NCBI GenBank assembly: GCA_040398005.1
Contig: JBBAUX010000010.1
Coordinates: forward strand, 1-64,000
DNA from: Opitutales bacterium
Lineage (GTDB): Bacteria > Verrucomicrobiota > Verrucomicrobiia > Opitutales > UBA953
Length of the DNA stretch: 64,000 bases
Direction: 5' to 3'
Below the pieces are notes generated by a model. The model was given only the letters and a program-made list of their open reading frames with translations, was not told the DNA's origin and did not search any database. Positions 59,975 through 64,000 of the stretch are shown piece after piece. The position numbers and the translations under genes were made by a program. Position 1 is the first letter of the stretch. Every line of letters starts with the position of its first letter.

Positions 59975-60763
59975 ATGAGAATGGATAAAGAGCTTCAGGA
60001 AAAATTAAAAGTTTGGGATTGGTCAGTTCTCGTCGTCTCGGTTATCTCCTTAGTTTTAATTATTTGGGAAACTTTCGTCACCCTTCCCCCTGACACCCAA
60101 AATCAGTTTATTTTAATCGATCGTTATGCGTGTGTCATTTTCATGGTCGACGTTTTGGTTCGCTGGCGACGCATGGACTGGAGCAGGAAATACTGGAAGT
60201 GGGGTTGGCTGGATGTTGTCGCGGCTATTCCACTCGATGCTGCTTTTCGTGCGATGCAGGCGATTCGCATCTATCGATTCGTCCGCCTTGCCCGAATTAT
60301 TTATAAATTCAAAGGAGTAACATCGGGCACTACGTTGAATGAAAAAATTCTGGCGATGCCAGGAATCGCTCTCGTGATGATTCTTTTTAGCACGACACTC
60401 ATCGTTGAAGTTGAGCGAAAATCTCCCGAGTCGCTGATTAAAAGCGGGGGCGATGCAGTATGGTGGGCACTTTCCACCGTTACTACCGTGGGTTATGGCG
60501 ACATCTACCCCGTAACCGTAGAGGGAAGATTTATCGCTGCTGGACTTATGATCGTCGGTGTTGCCCTCTTTGGTTCGATTTCTGCATACATCACCTCGAA
60601 ATTAATTCTTCCCAAAGAAGACCGTGATCACGAAAATGAATTGCGAGAAATTCGTGCCCTCCACAAGGAAGTTAAAGAACTACGACAGACCTTAATGGAG
60701 CATAATAATCATGCTTCCAAAAAGGCCGAAGTGCCGCCAAGCACCGATATTAAAGGACTATAA
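59975..60763 (+). CDS. voltage-gated-type potassium channel (6TM)
   Basis: Selectivity filter TTVGYGD, WWAL pore helix, S4-like RAMQAIRIYRFVRLAR. Confidence 0.92.
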   Translation: MRMDKELQEKLKVWDWSVLVVSVISLVLIIWETFVTLPPDTQNQFILIDRYACVIFMVDVLVRWRRMDWSRKYWKWGWLDVVAAIPLDAAFRAMQAIRIYRFVRLARIIYKFKGVTSGTTLNEKILAMPGIALVMILFSTTLIVEVERKSPESLIKSGGDAVWWALSTVTTVGYGDIYPVTVEGRFIAAGLMIVGVALFGSISAYITSKLILPKEDRDHENELREIRALHKEVKELRQTLMEHNNHASKKAEVPPSTDIKGL

Positions 60764-62203
60764 TTAGTACCTGTAACTATCGGTCTTAAAGGGTCCGTTA
60801 GGCTTCACCCCAATGTAGTCTGCCTGAGCTTTAGTTAACTGGGTGAGTTTAGCTCCAATTCTTTCTAAGTGTAAGCGAGCCACTTCTTCGTCGAGGTGTT
60901 TAGGTAAGACACAAACACCAGGCTTAGCGGTTTGACGAGTTTCCCATAAGTGAATTTGGGCAAGGACCTGATTCGAGAACGAAGTCGACATCACATAGCT
61001 AGGGTGACCAGTGGCGCAGCCAAGGTTTACTAAGCGTCCCTCTGCTAACATATAAATCTGTTTTCCTTTAGGGAAGGTATAACGATCAACCTGCGGTTTA
61101 ATCATTTCTTTCTTCACGCCTTTGGCGTCATTCAAACGAGTGACTTGAATTTCGTTATCAAAGTGTCCGATGTTACAAACAATCGCTTGGTCTCTCATCT
61201 TCTGCATGTGTTCAAGCGTGATGATGTCGCGATTACCGGTAGCCGTTACATAAATATCGGTATTACCTAGAGTGTCTTCGATGCGAACAACGCGATAGCC
61301 TTCCATCGCCGCTTGCAGCGCACAAATCGGATCCACTTCAGCAATCTGTACCGTCGCGCCTAATCCACGCAGAGATTGCGCAGAGCCTTTACCCACGTCG
61401 CCATAACCAATGACGAGGGCAAGTTTACCAGCGACCATCACATCGGTAGCACGCTTAATGCCATCGACCAACGACTCGCGGCAGCCGTATAAATTATCGA
61501 ACTTCGATTTCGTAGCCGTGTCATTCACATTAACGGTCGGCACTAAAAGTTCTCCGGCTTCTAGCATGGTATAAAGACGTTTTACACCGGTGGTGGTTTC
61601 TTCCGAAACACCCTTCCACGCAGCGACTACTTTGTGCCAATGGCCGGGGCGCTCTTTAGCTACTTTCTTGAGCAAGTTTTTGATAACCTGTTCTTCATGT
61701 GATTCGGATTTGGTGTTAACCCATTTGGAACCGTTTTCTAATTCATAACCTTTGTGAATTAAAAGTGTCGCGTCGCCACCGTCGTCGACGATGAGTTCAG
61801 GGCCACTACCGTTAGGCCAGGTCAGGGCTTCCATGGTGCACTCCCAATATTCTTCTAAGGTTTCACCCTTCCAGGCGAATACTGGATAGCCCGCTTTAGC
61901 GATGGCCGCAGCGGCGTGATCCTGGGTTGAAAAGATATTACAAGAAGCCCAGCGCACATCGGCACCAAGGGCTGCTAAGGTTTCGATAAGGACCGCAGTC
62001 TGAATCGTCATGTGCAACGAGCCAGTAATGCGAACACCCTTTAAAGGTTTGGTTTTCGCATACTTGGCGCGCAGCGACATCAGGCCGGGCATTTCGTGCT
62101 CAGCGACTTGGAGTTCTTTACGACCCCAATCGGCGAGACTGAGATCAGCTACTTTGAAATCTGCTTTTGCGGATTTTGTGCGGGAGGGTTTGGGTGAGTA
62201 CAT
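60764..62203 (-). CDS. ahcY: adenosylhomocysteinase
   Basis: [48 protein letters not shown]. Confidence 0.97.
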   Translation of the reverse strand: MYSPKPSRTKSAKADFKVADLSLADWGRKELQVAEHEMPGLMSLRAKYAKTKPLKGVRITGSLHMTIQTAVLIETLAALGADVRWASCNIFSTQDHAAAAIAKAGYPVFAWKGETLEEYWECTMEALTWPNGSGPELIVDDGGDATLLIHKGYELENGSKWVNTKSESHEEQVIKNLLKKVAKERPGHWHKVVAAWKGVSEETTTGVKRLYTMLEAGELLVPTVNVNDTATKSKFDNLYGCRESLVDGIKRATDVMVAGKLALVIGYGDVGKGSAQSLRGLGATVQIAEVDPICALQAAMEGYRVVRIEDTLGNTDIYVTATGNRDIITLEHMQKMRDQAIVCNIGHFDNEIQVTRLNDAKGVKKEMIKPQVDRYTFPKGKQIYMLAEGRLVNLGCATGHPSYVMSTSFSNQVLAQIHLWETRQTAKPGVCVLPKHLDEEVARLHLERIGAKLTQLTKAQADYIGVKPNGPFKTDSYRY

Positions 62204-62208
62204 GGTGA

Positions 62209-63396
62209 TTAAGATTGTTGGTGAAGGGCTTTAACAAATTTAGCGAGGTGCTTGGTTTCTTCCCACGGTAAACCATTTTTACCGAAGTGACCATAATGCG
62301 TACTAGCACGATAAATGGGACGACGCAAATCGAGCTGCTTAATAATCTCGGCGGGATTAAACAGAAAAACTTCTTTCACCGCAGCCAAGATGGAGGCATC
62401 GGACATATTGCCCGAACCAAAAGTATCGAGGTGAATGCTCGTCGGTTCAGGGTGACCAATCGCGTAGGCGACTTGTAATTCACAACGGTCAGCAACTCCT
62501 GAGTCAACAATGTGCTTAGCGACCCAGCGAGCCATATAGGCAGCGGAACGATCGACTTTAGTTGGGTCTTTTCCGGAAAATGCACCACCACCGTGACGAC
62601 CCATGCCGCCGTAAGAATCGACGATGATTTTACGTCCAGTTAAACCGCAGTCCCCTTGGGGGCCACCGATGACAAAGCGTCCGGTAGGATTGATTAAAAA
62701 CTCAGTTTTCTTACCGATTAAATTCTTGGGTAAAACCTTATGGATAATCTGATTGATACAGAATTTTTCAATTTGGCTGTGGGTAACATCAGCCGTGTGT
62801 TGGGTCGAAATAACCACGTTGGTGATTTCTTTTAATTTTCCGTTTTCATATCGTACCGCGACTTGTGATTTACAGTCGGGGCGAATCCATTCTGTTCCAC
62901 GCGCACCTGATTTACGTAATCGGGCCAATTCGCGATTTAGACGGTGCGCAAACATCACGGGAGCAGGCATCAGCTCTTCGGTCTCATTGGAGGCGTAACC
63001 AAACATAATCCCTTGGTCACCGGCACCCATCTGGGCATGCTTTTTTCCAGAGGCTTTACGCTCATCAACCCCTTGGGCGATATCGGGAGATTGTTTCGTT
63101 AAAAGATTAGTGAAGAAAACTTTGTCAGCATGAAAGATGTCGTCGTCATTCACATAGCCAATTTCACGAATGGCGGCACGCACGACTTCTTCGAAATTAA
63201 CTTTGGCCTTGGTCGTTAATTCACCCGCGATGACGACGTGATTACTCTTCACCAACGTTTCGCACGCAACGCGCGAGAACTTATCTTGAGCGAAAACCGC
63301 GTCCAAGACAGAATCGGAAATAGAGTCAGCCACCTTATCGGGGTGACCTTCGCCCACTGATTCAGAGGAAAAGATGTAGGAGTCTTTGTGATCCAT
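62209..63396 (-). CDS. metK: S-adenosylmethionine synthetase
   Basis: [39 protein letters not shown]; start moved to ATG 63396. Confidence 0.97.
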   Translation of the reverse strand: MDHKDSYIFSSESVGEGHPDKVADSISDSVLDAVFAQDKFSRVACETLVKSNHVVIAGELTTKAKVNFEEVVRAAIREIGYVNDDDIFHADKVFFTNLLTKQSPDIAQGVDERKASGKKHAQMGAGDQGIMFGYASNETEELMPAPVMFAHRLNRELARLRKSGARGTEWIRPDCKSQVAVRYENGKLKEITNVVISTQHTADVTHSQIEKFCINQIIHKVLPKNLIGKKTEFLINPTGRFVIGGPQGDCGLTGRKIIVDSYGGMGRHGGGAFSGKDPTKVDRSAAYMARWVAKHIVDSGVADRCELQVAYAIGHPEPTSIHLDTFGSGNMSDASILAAVKEVFLFNPAEIIKQLDLRRPIYRASTHYGHFGKNGLPWEETKHLAKFVKALHQQS

Positions 63397-63437
63397 AGGC
63401 GGATAATGAAATAGAAAAGGGAGAGGTGGCAAGTTCA

Positions 63438-63455
63438 CATCAATGTATCTTGATG
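63438..63455. promoter_or_regulatory. palindromic operator upstream of metK-ahcY (SahR-like)
   Basis: CATCAA-tgtatc-TTGATG, lying immediately downstream of a possible minus-strand promoter TGGACA-N18-TATCTT (63487-63458). Confidence 0.65.
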
Positions 63456-63544
63456 GAAAGATACGTCATATTATCACTTTTTGTCCAATTATCCACCTCG
63501 AGGTGAGGGCTTGCCCGAAAGGACTAAGTTTGTAGGGTTATTTC

Positions 63545-64000
63545 ATGCGTGCACAACTGCCACAGCTCTTTCCCCGCCCACGGGAATTGAGTCTACGTGG
63601 AGGTTTCTTACCTATCCCCGAGGCACCGCACCCGACCGCCTTATTTTTAAAAAATCTCCCCCAGACGATTGCCGAAGCTGAATCGGCCCTCGATGCGAAG
63701 CAAACTACGCCGTGTCGAATCGAATACACCGAGGCCGTGGGATCCGAGTCTTACTATTTAGAAATCGCGACTAGCGGTATTCACTTAAAGGCGCGTGATG
63801 CGGCTGGCGTGTTTTATGGAGCGCACACCCTCCGACAAATCTTCGAACAAAATCCTAAAGCCCTACCCTGTTGTGAAGTTTTAGATAGTCCGGACTTACC
63901 GATTCGCGGATTCATGTTGGATATTTCGCGCTGTAAAATTCCCACGCAAAGTGAATTTCGCCAACTCATCCGCGCGTTAGCGCGTCTACGGGTTAATCAG
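63545..64000 (+). CDS. glycoside hydrolase family 20 (beta-N-acetylhexosaminidase-like), N-terminal fragment
   Basis: Manual translation: MRAQLPQLFPRPREL...ESYYLEI...GVFYGAHTLRQ...DSPDLPIRGFMLDISRCKIP...NQ; open to the window edge. Confidence 0.85.
   Translation, partial: MRAQLPQLFPRPRELSLRGGFLPIPEAPHPTALFLKNLPQTIAEAESALDAKQTTPCRIEYTEAVGSESYYLEIATSGIHLKARDAAGVFYGAHTLRQIFEQNPKALPCCEVLDSPDLPIRGFMLDISRCKIPTQSEFRQLIRALARLRVNQ

Noticed and set aside
63397..63544. SAM or SAH riboswitch upstream of metK
   Set aside because: No recognisable aptamer core, and the inferred leader is short; a protein operator explains the palindrome better.

Overview
Core-genome window from a compact bacterial genome. 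The gene content points to the PVC superphylum, most likely Verrucomicrobiota/Opitutales: fusA directly followed by rpsJ with no tuf, no rpmD, double-length UvrA, and Shine-Dalgarno-less leaders. That taxonomy is an inference. About 18 kb (7304-25631, minus strand) is the str-S10-spc-alpha ribosomal superoperon. The rest is housekeeping genes (mdh fragment, hrpB, dnaX, guaA, sufE, ctaA/ctaB, uvrA, pdxJ, acpS, dprA, rplU-rpmA, clpP, prc, psd, mscL, queA, ahcY, metK), one tRNA-Leu(TAG) and a partial GH20 gene. I saw no integrase, transposase, CRISPR array or rRNA. The best candidate for an undescribed system is a tandem pair of signal-peptide-bearing, coiled-coil-extended ClpP-family proteases (50820-53340) with apparently intact Ser-His-Asp triads, converging on a clpP-rhomboid-prc operon. 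Other notable observations: a predicted secreted protein gene inserted between rpsS and rplV; an A9 slippage site in dnaX with stops in both alternative frames; a 10-mer (mRNA CUCAACCCUC) present four times in ribosomal-operon spacers; a sigma54 promoter plus palindrome in front of an orphan sigma54 activator; a SahR-like operator before metK-ahcY; and octamer tandem repeats after the tRNA. All calls come from reading motifs by eye; no searches were run.
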